Below, one piece after another: positions 54,345 through 63,434 of a DNA stretch of 64,000 bases; position 1 is the first letter of the stretch, and each line of letters begins with the position of its first letter. The stretch spans positions 32,001 to 96,000 of the forward strand of contig CAWGYD010000003.1 of NCBI GenBank assembly GCA_963826785.1, written 5' to 3'. The notes beneath the pieces are model-generated. The model was not told the origin of the DNA. It ran no database searches and was given only the letters and a program-made list of their open reading frames with translations. Both the position numbers and the translations under genes were made by a program. This DNA is from an uncultured delta proteobacterium. Lineage in GTDB: Bacteria > Desulfobacterota > Desulfobacteria > Desulfobacterales > Desulfosalsimonadaceae.

Positions 54345-55223
54345 CTATTTCAGATGAGGGTGAGCGCCAAAGATCTCCAGGCCACGCTGAGATAAGCCGA
54401 TGGATCGATATTTGAGCATGCGCGTGGCATGGATAATCCACCGCTCTTCCTCCCCCGCCCACTCGGTGATTTCCCTGTTGGACTGCCCCCAACTGCCAAA
54501 GGATCTGCGGGTCAGGCAGAACCGGCACATGGGGACGGGCCGATCCAGGAATTCGAGTATTTCCAATGGGCCTGAATCATCATGGATATCGATGAAATCC
54601 CCTTCCTGGGCGGTTATCCCCTGGCTGAAATAATCACTGAAAATGTGCGCATGGGCCGGAAAAAAGCAGGTGTAGATTCTGCCGTTCCCCAGAAACGGGG
54701 TTTTAAACATCTTCCGGCAGTTTGAAAAACTGGCTGCGGGATCGGAATCTCCTTTGATGTTCATATGCTTGAAAAATTTACTAATTTCAGGAGGGATCTT
54801 GATCGATACCTGAGCCGCCTTCGCCCGTCCGGCGATCGCGTCGATGTCCAAATCGATGGGATAGCGCGAAAGCTTGATGCGGATACGATTTGTACGGCAG
54901 GTTTCCCAGAACACGGGCGGCATCTGCAGCAGCAAAATCCCGTTGGTAAAAATGGAGATATCCGACCGGGGAAACAAACCCCGCACAAGCTGGACAAAAA
55001 AGTTGATTCCAGGATGAAGGAGCGGTTCTCCGCCCATCAGCCGGATTTCCCGGATATGGCCGAACAGATCTCTCATCTTTCTGAAATCCCGTTCAAAAAT
55101 TGCGGGATCGGTAAAGACAGGCCCGTTGACCAGGGGTGCAAAATGGCTGCATCCCCTGCAGTTCAAATTGCAATGATCCGTCAGGTGCGTTTCCAGGATA
55201 TGGGGGAAAATCGGGCCGGTCAT
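54345..55223 (-). CDS. radical SAM protein
   Basis: 'CNLNCRGC' CxxxCxxC, 'GGEPLLHP', 'FTNG', additional C-terminal Cys ('YTC','MCRFC'). Confidence 0.9.
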   Translation of the reverse strand: MTGPIFPHILETHLTDHCNLNCRGCSHFAPLVNGPVFTDPAIFERDFRKMRDLFGHIREIRLMGGEPLLHPGINFFVQLVRGLFPRSDISIFTNGILLLQMPPVFWETCRTNRIRIKLSRYPIDLDIDAIAGRAKAAQVSIKIPPEISKFFKHMNIKGDSDPAASFSNCRKMFKTPFLGNGRIYTCFFPAHAHIFSDYFSQGITAQEGDFIDIHDDSGPLEILEFLDRPVPMCRFCLTRRSFGSWGQSNREITEWAGEEERWIIHATRMLKYRSIGLSQRGLEIFGAHPHLK

Positions 55224-56509
55224 GTGAGCCTCTGGTCGAAGATGTTTTTGATGACCGGCAGGTATCGGTACATTCCATATTGGTCGGCGATCTGCTTCAG
55301 GTCCCCTTCATCGGGTTTTATGAGGGCATCGATTTCAGCCCGGCACGTACTGAGCAGGTCTTTGGGCCCGGTTTTGACCAGAGCGTATTTTCGGCCTTTC
55401 AGGTCCTGGCCGAAATCACCAATGGATTGGAGGAGGATCAGGCTGTTTCCGGTGACCAGGTACTCGGGAATCTTGACCGGCGAGGAGACCCGGCTGACCC
55501 AGTCGTCGGTGCGCGTGGCCACCCCGATATCCGCTGCATTGTATATGCCGTTTAGATCCTCACCGCTCACCGATTCGATGATGAGGTCCGTCAGGTGGTA
55601 TTTTCGGGCATAGCGGGCGGCTTTTCCGGTATCAAAAGTGGCGATCATGAACCGAAACTCGTTTTCACCGCCCAGGCGCTGCATCCGTCTGAAGAATTCA
55701 AACAGCAGGTCGGGCATCTGCCATTTCTGCAGCATACCACTGTATAAAAAAAGTTTCTGGTCGTCGGCTATGCCATATTTCAGGCGATACTTTTGCCGGA
55801 TGCCGGTATCGCCAAAAAATGCTGCCGGGTCATAAAAGCAGGGGATTACCTGGATTTTCGATGCCTTTATTCTGTAGCGATCCATCACATAGGCTTTAAA
55901 CCTTCCGGAAACCACTGAAATGGAATCCGCCCGGGCCGTATTGATCCTTCCCAGCAGTTTCAGCACGGCAAATCGTACCATCCGAAAAATCAATGGCGAT
56001 TCGGAATAGAGCAGTTCTTCTTCCGGGGCGAGGCCCAGCATATCGAAATGCAACCACGTTTTTTGCAGCCGGTTCCGGATCAACAATCCCAGAAAACAGT
56101 TGAAATAGTTATGGGCCCATATAAAGCGACGGTTGAAAGGGGCCGCTTTTTGAGCAATCTCGCTAAACGCCCCTATCATGCCCAGGAGCGTTCTTCCCCG
56201 AATATGGACAAACTCGATGGCCGATCCGTTTTTATGCGCCATTTCCGACAGGTGATGTTCCTTGGCTGCCAGAATACCGGCCTGTTTCGGGTTCATTGAG
56301 ACAGGAAGAATAATGGTCATGATGATACGGGGGAAAAATGCCGGTCTGAATCGAAACAGATTCCGGAGAAAGGCCGTGTTGATATTGTCAAACAGGCCTT
56401 CCCAGAAGTTCAGACCCGCAAGAAAGATCAGAACTTCAGGCGGGTATGACGATGCCGCGGATTCAGATGATACATCTGCTTTTTTGTCGTTTTCCGCCAA
56501 TTTCTGCAA
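55220..56509 (-). CDS. GT-B (GT4-like) glycosyltransferase
   Basis: 'ADSISVVS','FLYSG..KWQ','YNAADIG','SPVKIPEYL'. Confidence 0.8.
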   Translation of the reverse strand: MQKLAENDKKADVSSESAASSYPPEVLIFLAGLNFWEGLFDNINTAFLRNLFRFRPAFFPRIIMTIILPVSMNPKQAGILAAKEHHLSEMAHKNGSAIEFVHIRGRTLLGMIGAFSEIAQKAAPFNRRFIWAHNYFNCFLGLLIRNRLQKTWLHFDMLGLAPEEELLYSESPLIFRMVRFAVLKLLGRINTARADSISVVSGRFKAYVMDRYRIKASKIQVIPCFYDPAAFFGDTGIRQKYRLKYGIADDQKLFLYSGMLQKWQMPDLLFEFFRRMQRLGGENEFRFMIATFDTGKAARYARKYHLTDLIIESVSGEDLNGIYNAADIGVATRTDDWVSRVSSPVKIPEYLVTGNSLILLQSIGDFGQDLKGRKYALVKTGPKDLLSTCRAEIDALIKPDEGDLKQIADQYGMYRYLPVIKNIFDQRLT

Positions 56510-56767
56510 TCTGATCCTCTGGCATTATCAATTTTAGATATTTTCCAATGCTTGAATATGGCCCCTTCAGGTCAGGAATTTTACCTTTTTTCAAAGCAAT
56601 TCACAAGAATCATGTGCCAATCTCCGGTTGCAGAAAATTTCCCGGGCAATCATCATTACACTTGCGGCCAGGCACTGATCCATGTAAATATCGAACCAAC
56701 ATCGTATGCGCCAGCCTTTCTTTTTCTTTAGAATATCAAATTCAATACATATCAAGGAGCCGATTTC

Positions 56768-57328
56768 ATGCGACTTTACGTACACAAAAGCCACCTGTTG
56801 ATCTGTCTGTCCATTCTGCTTATTGCGTTTATCTGCCCGTCTGCGGGTTTTTCCCAGAACCTGCAAGGCGGAGGAAGCATACAGGGGACCATCGGGGACA
56901 ATGAACCGGAAACCTGGACCGTCCTGGATGCGCAAGGGAACAAGGGGGAAGTGAAAACGCTCATCGTCAAGGCCAAGGTGACGGGGCAAGTTGAAAATGG
57001 CAAGTTGATGATTCAGCTGGTGGCCCCCGACGATCTTCCCACGGGGCTGGTCATGATTGAAGAGCCCCTGTCAGAAGGCGCCGTTCCGGCGGTGAACAAA
57101 TACCGCAAAGGACTTCGTTACACCCGTCATTCCGAAAAGAAGGGAGATATGATCGGCCGCGCTTACTGGCTCGGCCCCGGAGACCATGTCTGGATGATCG
57201 ATCGCAAGATATCCCGGGATGCGCCGGGTACGATCTACCGCAAGGGTTCCGTCATTGCCGGAAACACGCTCGATCAGGACATGATGCTCAACCAAGACGG
57301 CTCGCTGAAGCCCGCGTCCGACCAGTAA
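56768..57328 (+). CDS. hypothetical secreted protein
   Basis: AGGAG RBS, N-terminal signal peptide, 186 aa, no recognised motif. Confidence 0.65.
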   Translation: MRLYVHKSHLLICLSILLIAFICPSAGFSQNLQGGGSIQGTIGDNEPETWTVLDAQGNKGEVKTLIVKAKVTGQVENGKLMIQLVAPDDLPTGLVMIEEPLSEGAVPAVNKYRKGLRYTRHSEKKGDMIGRAYWLGPGDHVWMIDRKISRDAPGTIYRKGSVIAGNTLDQDMMLNQDGSLKPASDQ

Positions 57329-57476
57329 CCGTAATTGATGTGACGCCGGTATGATAACTGCCGGAAAAGCAAAACAGGTGAATGCCGTTGCGGCAAGGCC
57401 GACTACCATGAGGCAGTATAAGTATCTTATTTTCAAATATTATGTGACCGGATAACCAAAAAGTTTATCATCTGAA

Positions 57477-58850
57477 ATGACCGTTAAAGCCAAACGCCGG
57501 CAAAGGGCGATTTCCATGCCTGACCTGGTGGATCATATCTGCGCTTTGCGGGAACAGGGCAAATCCGCACCGGTTCTTGTCGCTTTCTGTTTCTCGGATG
57601 AACTGGCATTGAAAGCCTGCCTGATCGGCTGCAGGGAAACGCGATCCATTCCGGTGGTCATGGCCACCACCAACCAGGTGAATACGGACGGCGGGTATGC
57701 GGGGATAGATGCGGCCGAGTTCGTGCGCAAGGTCAGGCGGCTGGCAAAAGACGTCGACTTTGAAGGCCCGGTGGTATTCGGCCGGGACCACGGCGGCCCC
57801 TATGTGATCGCCGCGCAGAAAGACCGGCCCCGCCCGGAAGTCATGGAATGGGTGAAGCAGAATATCCGGCAGGATCTCGACGCCGGATTCACCTGCTGGC
57901 ATGCGGACGGCACCAGCGGCAGGGACGATGAACGGGTCGGCGGTACGCTCCCCCTTTCCGTCATTTCCGATACCACCCTGGAACTCATCGCCTGCTGCGA
58001 AGAAACATGCAAATCCTTGGATATTGGCCCAATTTCATACGAAGTGGGTTCTGAGGAGCAGACCGGCGGACTGACCGCACCGGACACCTTTGAAAAGTAT
58101 CTTTTTCTTCTGACCAGGGGCATTCATACCAGGGGCCTGGCATCGGCCCGGATTGATTTTATGGTGGCCCAGACCGGCACCCACATGCAATTGACCCGCC
58201 TCGGAGAGGACCGCCCCCCTGAACTGATCCAATCCGGCTTTAAACCGCAGCTGGTGCGGTACCTGGACCGAATCGCCGGCAAATTCCGCAAAGATCGGCT
58301 GAAGCTGCTCTTTACCCAGCATTACTCGGATCATATCACGCCGGCGGATGCCGCCGCCCTGCTGAAATCCGGAGCCGGCAAAGCCAATTTCGGGCCGGAG
58401 ATGACCATGCCGGAAATTTCCATGCTGCTGAAATGGGAAAGGCAGGAGTGCGCTATTCTTGAAAAGCGAGGCCAAAAGGAGCGCGCATCCGGATTCCGGC
58501 AGACAATGATGGCGGCGCTGGACCGCTCGCCGGATTTCTGGCATTTCTATATACCCGCAGATGCCCGACCGGCCGGCGAGAACATCAGCGGTCCCTCTAT
58601 GGCATCACTCTCTCCCCTGCTCCAGGATGCCCTGATCGTCTTTCGGGGCCGATACGTCAAGAGCAGTCCTGCCTGTGCCGCTGCGGCCAGCCGCCTGTTG
58701 AAAAATACCGCCCTTTTGGGCATCGACTCCCACCCGGAAGCCACTGTCATCGAGGAAATAAAAAACAGAACCGTACTGCCCCGCATACGCCAGTTCCGGA
58801 TGGAAAACCTGATGGATGCCGTTTCCATCAGTTCCGGAAGCGCTGACTGA
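57477..58850 (+). CDS. GatZ/KbaZ-like protein (tagatose-6-phosphate 4-epimerase / aldolase non-catalytic subunit family)
   Basis: 'TTNQVNTDGGYAG','GRDHGGP','GFTCWHADGT','YEVGSE','QHYSD','ANFGPEMT'; start may be 57516. Confidence 0.8.
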   Translation: MTVKAKRRQRAISMPDLVDHICALREQGKSAPVLVAFCFSDELALKACLIGCRETRSIPVVMATTNQVNTDGGYAGIDAAEFVRKVRRLAKDVDFEGPVVFGRDHGGPYVIAAQKDRPRPEVMEWVKQNIRQDLDAGFTCWHADGTSGRDDERVGGTLPLSVISDTTLELIACCEETCKSLDIGPISYEVGSEEQTGGLTAPDTFEKYLFLLTRGIHTRGLASARIDFMVAQTGTHMQLTRLGEDRPPELIQSGFKPQLVRYLDRIAGKFRKDRLKLLFTQHYSDHITPADAAALLKSGAGKANFGPEMTMPEISMLLKWERQECAILEKRGQKERASGFRQTMMAALDRSPDFWHFYIPADARPAGENISGPSMASLSPLLQDALIVFRGRYVKSSPACAAAASRLLKNTALLGIDSHPEATVIEEIKNRTVLPRIRQFRMENLMDAVSISSGSAD

Positions 58851-59006
58851 TTCTTCGGATCAATGGCACAAAATACACCTTTGCAAACAATTGAATACAT
58901 CTTGCCCCGTATGGCGAAATCGTGCCGAAAACAGGTATGAATAGTACTTGAAATCCGAGACAGCTGCACCGTCAAAGCCGTTTAATTGAATGACGAGGAC
59001 ATGCCA

Positions 59007-60098
59007 ATGCCGAAAGATCCAGTATGCGGGATGGAAGTAGACCCGTCCGGCCCGCCGGTCGGGCATCAGGGAAAAGAATATCATTTTTGTTCGGCTCACT
59101 GCAGGGAAGCGTTTGTGCAGGATCCCGATCGGTACGCCCGGGCCATTCGGCAGACCGGGACGGAAATCCGCAAGGTGGTGATCGTGGGGGCCGGTCAGGT
59201 CGGCGCCACTTACGCCTTTTCCCTGATGATCAGCGGACTTGCCAGCAGCATCGTCCTTATCGACCAGGACGCCAGCCTTGCAGAGGGGCACGCCATGGAT
59301 CTCAACCACGGCTTGTCTTTCGCGCAGCCCACCCGTATATCAGCGGGGAATTTTGATGACTGTGCAAACGCGGATATCGTGGTGATGACGGCGGGGGCCG
59401 CCCAGAAGCCGGGAGAGACCCGGATCGACCTGGTGCGGAAAAACACGGCGATTTTCAAGGAGCTCATACCGCAGATCGCCCGGCATGAGCCCAAGATCCT
59501 GCTGATCGTCACCAACCCGGTGGATATTCTCACCTACGTCTCCTTGAAGATCTCCGGCATGCCCATGAACCGCGTCATCGGGTCGGGCACCACCCTGGAT
59601 ACGGCCCGTTTTCGATTTCTGCTCGGTCAGCAGTGCCGTCTGGATACCCGAAATGTGCATGCGTATGTCATCGGCGAGCACGGGGATTCCGAGGTGCCGG
59701 TGTGGAGCCAGGTGAATATCGCAGGCGTTTTATTCACCGATTACTGCCCGGCCTGTCCCATGAACTGCACCGAAGAAAATAAAAAAAAGTTGTTCGATCA
59801 GGTGAAAAACGCCGCCTATGAGATCATCGCCCGGAAAGGCGCCACCAACTATGCCATTGCCATGGCCCTGGTGCGGATCACCGCAAGCCTCCTGCGTGAC
59901 GAAAACAGCGTATTGACCGTGTCCACGTTGATCGACAACTACTACAAGATCGAAGACGTGTGCCTGAGCGTTCCCGCAGTGCTCAACCGAAGCGGCCTCT
60001 CCCGGCGGATCGCTCTGAAACTCGATGATGACGAAATCAGCAAGCTGCGGCAATCCGCCGAACTGTTAAAAAACGTGATTCGACAACTCGACATATAA
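59007..60098 (+). CDS. ldh: L-lactate dehydrogenase with N-terminal YHS/TRASH metal-binding domain
   Basis: 'KDPVCGMEV..YHFCSAHCREAF..DPDRY' fused in frame to 'GAGQVG','AGAAQKPGETR','NPVD','LDTARFR','GEHGDS'. Confidence 0.92.
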   Translation: MPKDPVCGMEVDPSGPPVGHQGKEYHFCSAHCREAFVQDPDRYARAIRQTGTEIRKVVIVGAGQVGATYAFSLMISGLASSIVLIDQDASLAEGHAMDLNHGLSFAQPTRISAGNFDDCANADIVVMTAGAAQKPGETRIDLVRKNTAIFKELIPQIARHEPKILLIVTNPVDILTYVSLKISGMPMNRVIGSGTTLDTARFRFLLGQQCRLDTRNVHAYVIGEHGDSEVPVWSQVNIAGVLFTDYCPACPMNCTEENKKKLFDQVKNAAYEIIARKGATNYAIAMALVRITASLLRDENSVLTVSTLIDNYYKIEDVCLSVPAVLNRSGLSRRIALKLDDDEISKLRQSAELLKNVIRQLDI

Positions 60099-60112
60099 TG
60101 ATTATCATTTCA
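60094..60112. promoter_or_regulatory. Fur-box-like site
   Basis: ATAATGATTATCATT (60095-60109) matches 15 contiguous nt of the classical Fur box GATAATGATTATCATTATC. Confidence 0.55.
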
Positions 60113-60169
60113 GGATATGCTTAAACCCAAAACAACTGCTTCAGACTTTCAACTAAAAGGAGATACCAG

Positions 60170-60571
60170 ATGAAAAAAATAATGATTACCGCACTTGCCC
60201 TGTTTTTCGTATTGGCGTCCATCGGCATCTGCGGCGCCCAGACACAGACCCCTTCTTCCGACAAATCCACGGGACAGACCGCTCAGAAGCAATGCCCCAT
60301 GATGATGCAGCAGAAAGGCGCACCCGGCGCACAAATGAATTGCAAGGGGTATTCCATGGGGGGACACGGCAGAATGGAAAAGGAAGTGGTCGCCACCCAG
60401 GATGGCGGGGTGGTGGTGCTGATGGGCGGCCGGCTGTTGAAATATGACAAGGATCTCAACCTGGTCAAACAGGTGGATGTTCCCATTGACGAGTATATGA
60501 AGAAGATGATGGAAGCGCACCACCCGGACATGATGGACCAGCAGACCCAAACCGGAACCCCGGCCCAATAG
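60170..60571 (+). CDS. Met/His-rich secreted hypothetical protein
   Basis: AGGAG RBS, signal peptide, 'CPMMMQ','MNC..SMGGHGRM','YMKKMMEAHHPDMM'. Confidence 0.8.
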   Translation: MKKIMITALALFFVLASIGICGAQTQTPSSDKSTGQTAQKQCPMMMQQKGAPGAQMNCKGYSMGGHGRMEKEVVATQDGGVVVLMGGRLLKYDKDLNLVKQVDVPIDEYMKKMMEAHHPDMMDQQTQTGTPAQ

Positions 60572-60588
60572 ACTGATAAAGGCGAATA

Positions 60589-61488
60589 ATGGACCAGAAT
60601 GCTTACGACGTGGTCATCATCGGATCCGGACCGGCGGGGCTTCAGGCCGCCATTCATGCCGCCCGGCGAAAGGTGTCGGTCCTGGTCCTTGGAAGACTCC
60701 ACAGGAGCAGCGCCTATGGCGCGCATATTGAAAATTACTGCTGTGTGAGCGGCAGCACGGGTTCGGATCTACTGGAGCAGGCCCGGCACAAAGCCGAGGC
60801 ATCCGGCGCCGAATTTGCCGAGGAGGACGTCACCCACATCCACCCGGAGAACGGCCGCTATCGGATCATGGTGGAAAGCGGACATCACGTGTCCGCCAAA
60901 TCCATCATTCTGGCCATGGGGATCTCCCGGAAAAAGCTGGGGTTGGAAAAGGAAAAGACGCTTCTGGGCAGCGGCGTGAGCTATTGCGTGGATTGCGACG
61001 GCGGTTTTTTCAAGGGGGAGCGTGTGGCCATCACCGGGTGCGAGAGTGCCGCCATCGCCGGAGCGCTGACCCTGCTGTTCTACGCCGAAGAAGTCCATCT
61101 CGTCTGCGAAAAACTGGATGTGAGCGACATTTTAGCGGAAAAGCTCAAGGAAAGCGATATCCGCGTCCATGAAGGCCGGAAGGTGACCAAACTGATGGGT
61201 GATGGTTCCCTGACCGGCCTGGTTTTGGATGACGGGACCCGCCTGGATGTTACCGGATTTTTCATCGAACTCGGGGCGCTGGGCGCCGTCTCCCTGGCAG
61301 GCAGCCTGGGCGTGGCCCTGGATTCGGAAACCATGAAGTATATCCAGACCAACAAGAAACAGGAGACCAACATCGCCGGCATCTATGCGGCCGGCGATAT
61401 CTGCGGACCTCCCTGGCAGGTGGCCAAATCTGTCGGGGAAGGCTGCGTGGCCGGGCTCGAATCTGCGGCATATGCAAAGAAACATTAG
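60589..61488 (+). CDS. thioredoxin-reductase-like FAD oxidoreductase
   Basis: 'IIGSGPAG', redox 'SYCVDCDG', 'GIYAAGD'; NADPH-binding motif altered. Confidence 0.88.
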   Translation: MDQNAYDVVIIGSGPAGLQAAIHAARRKVSVLVLGRLHRSSAYGAHIENYCCVSGSTGSDLLEQARHKAEASGAEFAEEDVTHIHPENGRYRIMVESGHHVSAKSIILAMGISRKKLGLEKEKTLLGSGVSYCVDCDGGFFKGERVAITGCESAAIAGALTLLFYAEEVHLVCEKLDVSDILAEKLKESDIRVHEGRKVTKLMGDGSLTGLVLDDGTRLDVTGFFIELGALGAVSLAGSLGVALDSETMKYIQTNKKQETNIAGIYAAGDICGPPWQVAKSVGEGCVAGLESAAYAKKH

Positions 61489-61601
61489 GCCCCTGCTCAA
61501 TCGTCCGGCTCTTGCCCGCCTAATCTTTTACCCGGATGGGCTTGATCGTTTGGGCCGCATCCTGTTTTGGTCACGCCTCCTGTTTTGGTCATTGGCGATG
61601 A

Positions 61602-62663
61602 TCAGATTTTCCCGCGCTCCCGGGCGATGCGGAGGTAGGTCTCCATGCCGGTTTCCGGAGGCAGATACTGCTGGTCCTCTGATTTCTTCACCAGGCGAAC
61701 CGCGTCCGTGGGGCAGGTGGAGACACATAGCCCGCACCCGATGCACCGCTTCAGGTTGACGGCGGCAATATCATCGGCCATCTCGATGGCATCCATCTGG
61801 CAGCGGTCCAGGCAGGTCTCGCACCCGGTGCAGGCCTCCTTGTCGATTTTCGCATAATAATTGCTTTTAACCGCTTCTGCCGGATTGTCCTGCTTTTTCA
61901 AAGACCGGAGCATACCGCAGCAATCGCCGCAGCAGCTGCACATACCGCCCACAATCTGCGAATTGAAGGGCTGCATCACCAGCCCGGCCGCCTCGTTCTG
62001 TTTCAAGACGGTTTTAGCCTCTTCCTTGTCGATGTAGCGGCCCATGCCGTTGTCCACGTAATAGTCCGCGTGGGAGCCGAATATGAAACAGGCCTCGATG
62101 GGCTTTTCGCACCCTTGCCCGGCCTTCTTGGCCGTGGTCCGGCAGATGCAGGGCGCCAGGGCGATTTTTTTCTGGTCATCGATGATCCGCATCACGTCCT
62201 CATACGCCGCAATCGGCCACTCGGAAACGATGGTGTTGTTGATGGGGATGGTCCGCAGCACCGGGGTGGAAAAGGCCTGAAAAGTCTTCCCCAGGGCGGC
62301 TTCATAATAGTCGCCCAGGTCTTGGGCCAGCTCGGGGCTGACCCGGTTGAGCTGGAATTCGAAAATGCCAACCACAAAGGGAACGGCCGCATACCTGGCC
62401 CGGTCATTCTTTTTCTGTCGGAACAGCAGCCCCCGAAGCGCCATATCCTCCAGGTGATCGGCCGTCTCGGCAAGAGGGAGATTTAAACGCGCACACACAT
62501 CCGCCGGCGTTTCCAGCATGGGCGTCATCATCAGAAACAATTCGGCATCGGCCGGCTTAAAAAGCTGCTCGAGAATTTTTATTTCCACACCGTTATGCGT
62601 GGCCGGAAAACCGGTGCCCAGATCATCCAGTCGCTGACGCAGCTGCTCATATCGTTCATCCAT
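61602..62663 (-). CDS. 4Fe-4S dicluster domain protein with N-terminal HTH-like region
   Basis: 'CICR..C..C','CSCCGDCC', two CxxCxxCxxxC ferredoxin motifs. Confidence 0.88.
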   Translation of the reverse strand: MDERYEQLRQRLDDLGTGFPATHNGVEIKILEQLFKPADAELFLMMTPMLETPADVCARLNLPLAETADHLEDMALRGLLFRQKKNDRARYAAVPFVVGIFEFQLNRVSPELAQDLGDYYEAALGKTFQAFSTPVLRTIPINNTIVSEWPIAAYEDVMRIIDDQKKIALAPCICRTTAKKAGQGCEKPIEACFIFGSHADYYVDNGMGRYIDKEEAKTVLKQNEAAGLVMQPFNSQIVGGMCSCCGDCCGMLRSLKKQDNPAEAVKSNYYAKIDKEACTGCETCLDRCQMDAIEMADDIAAVNLKRCIGCGLCVSTCPTDAVRLVKKSEDQQYLPPETGMETYLRIARERGKI

Positions 62664-62888
62664 TTCATTTCTCCCTCATGTACGTTTATGAAAATTTTAT
62701 ACTTCCATAAAATCAATGCGATTGTAAAGCAAAGAATCCGGCTGCGGGAGCGGTGAAATTAATCGCGGAACGAAGCGCCAGCCGTCGCGCATGTGATTGA
62801 CTTCATTTTCGAATTGTCTTAGATTGGATTAGATTCAATTTATATTGATCTGTTTTGATCACAATTGCACAAGGATTTCGGAGGCATC

Positions 62889-63413
62889 ATGAATAAGTAC
62901 GGTTTTTTGATGGGCCCTTTAATGCTTTTTTTTCTGTTTCTTCCCTCCGCCGGGGTTGCGGGCGATACGAACATCCGCGTAAATGTCGATCCCAGGGGCA
63001 TGTCGGATGAAATCATCAAAATGGAGGATCACAAAGCCCGGATGATAGAGCAGGAACGCCAGCGGCTGGAGCAGGAGCGCATCGATTCATCCAACGAGGC
63101 GCTGCAGGTGGGGGAAGTCTATTTTGAGAAGGGCGATCTGGAAAACGCGGCATATTATTATCAAACAGCCGTTCAGATCAATGAAGCCAATCTCAAAGCC
63201 CATGAGCGGCTCATCGAAGTCAACCGCCTGCAGGACGAGCAGCGGATGCGGATAGACGATCATTACCAGAAGGCCCTGCTCTACCTGAAGGAAGGCGTCA
63301 GGGATAAAGCGGTGGACGAACTGGTGGCCGAACTCAAGAACAATCCGGACAACCAGGCTGCCCGCATCAAGCTCAATGAAATCGAAAACAGCACTTATCC
63401 GCCTCAGCCATAG
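62889..63413 (+). CDS. secreted TPR protein
   Basis: GGAGG RBS, signal peptide, coiled coil, two TPR-like helical pairs. Confidence 0.75.
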   Translation: MNKYGFLMGPLMLFFLFLPSAGVAGDTNIRVNVDPRGMSDEIIKMEDHKARMIEQERQRLEQERIDSSNEALQVGEVYFEKGDLENAAYYYQTAVQINEANLKAHERLIEVNRLQDEQRMRIDDHYQKALLYLKEGVRDKAVDELVAELKNNPDNQAARIKLNEIENSTYPPQP

Positions 63414-63434
63414 GCCGTTCTCATTTGCTGAGCA

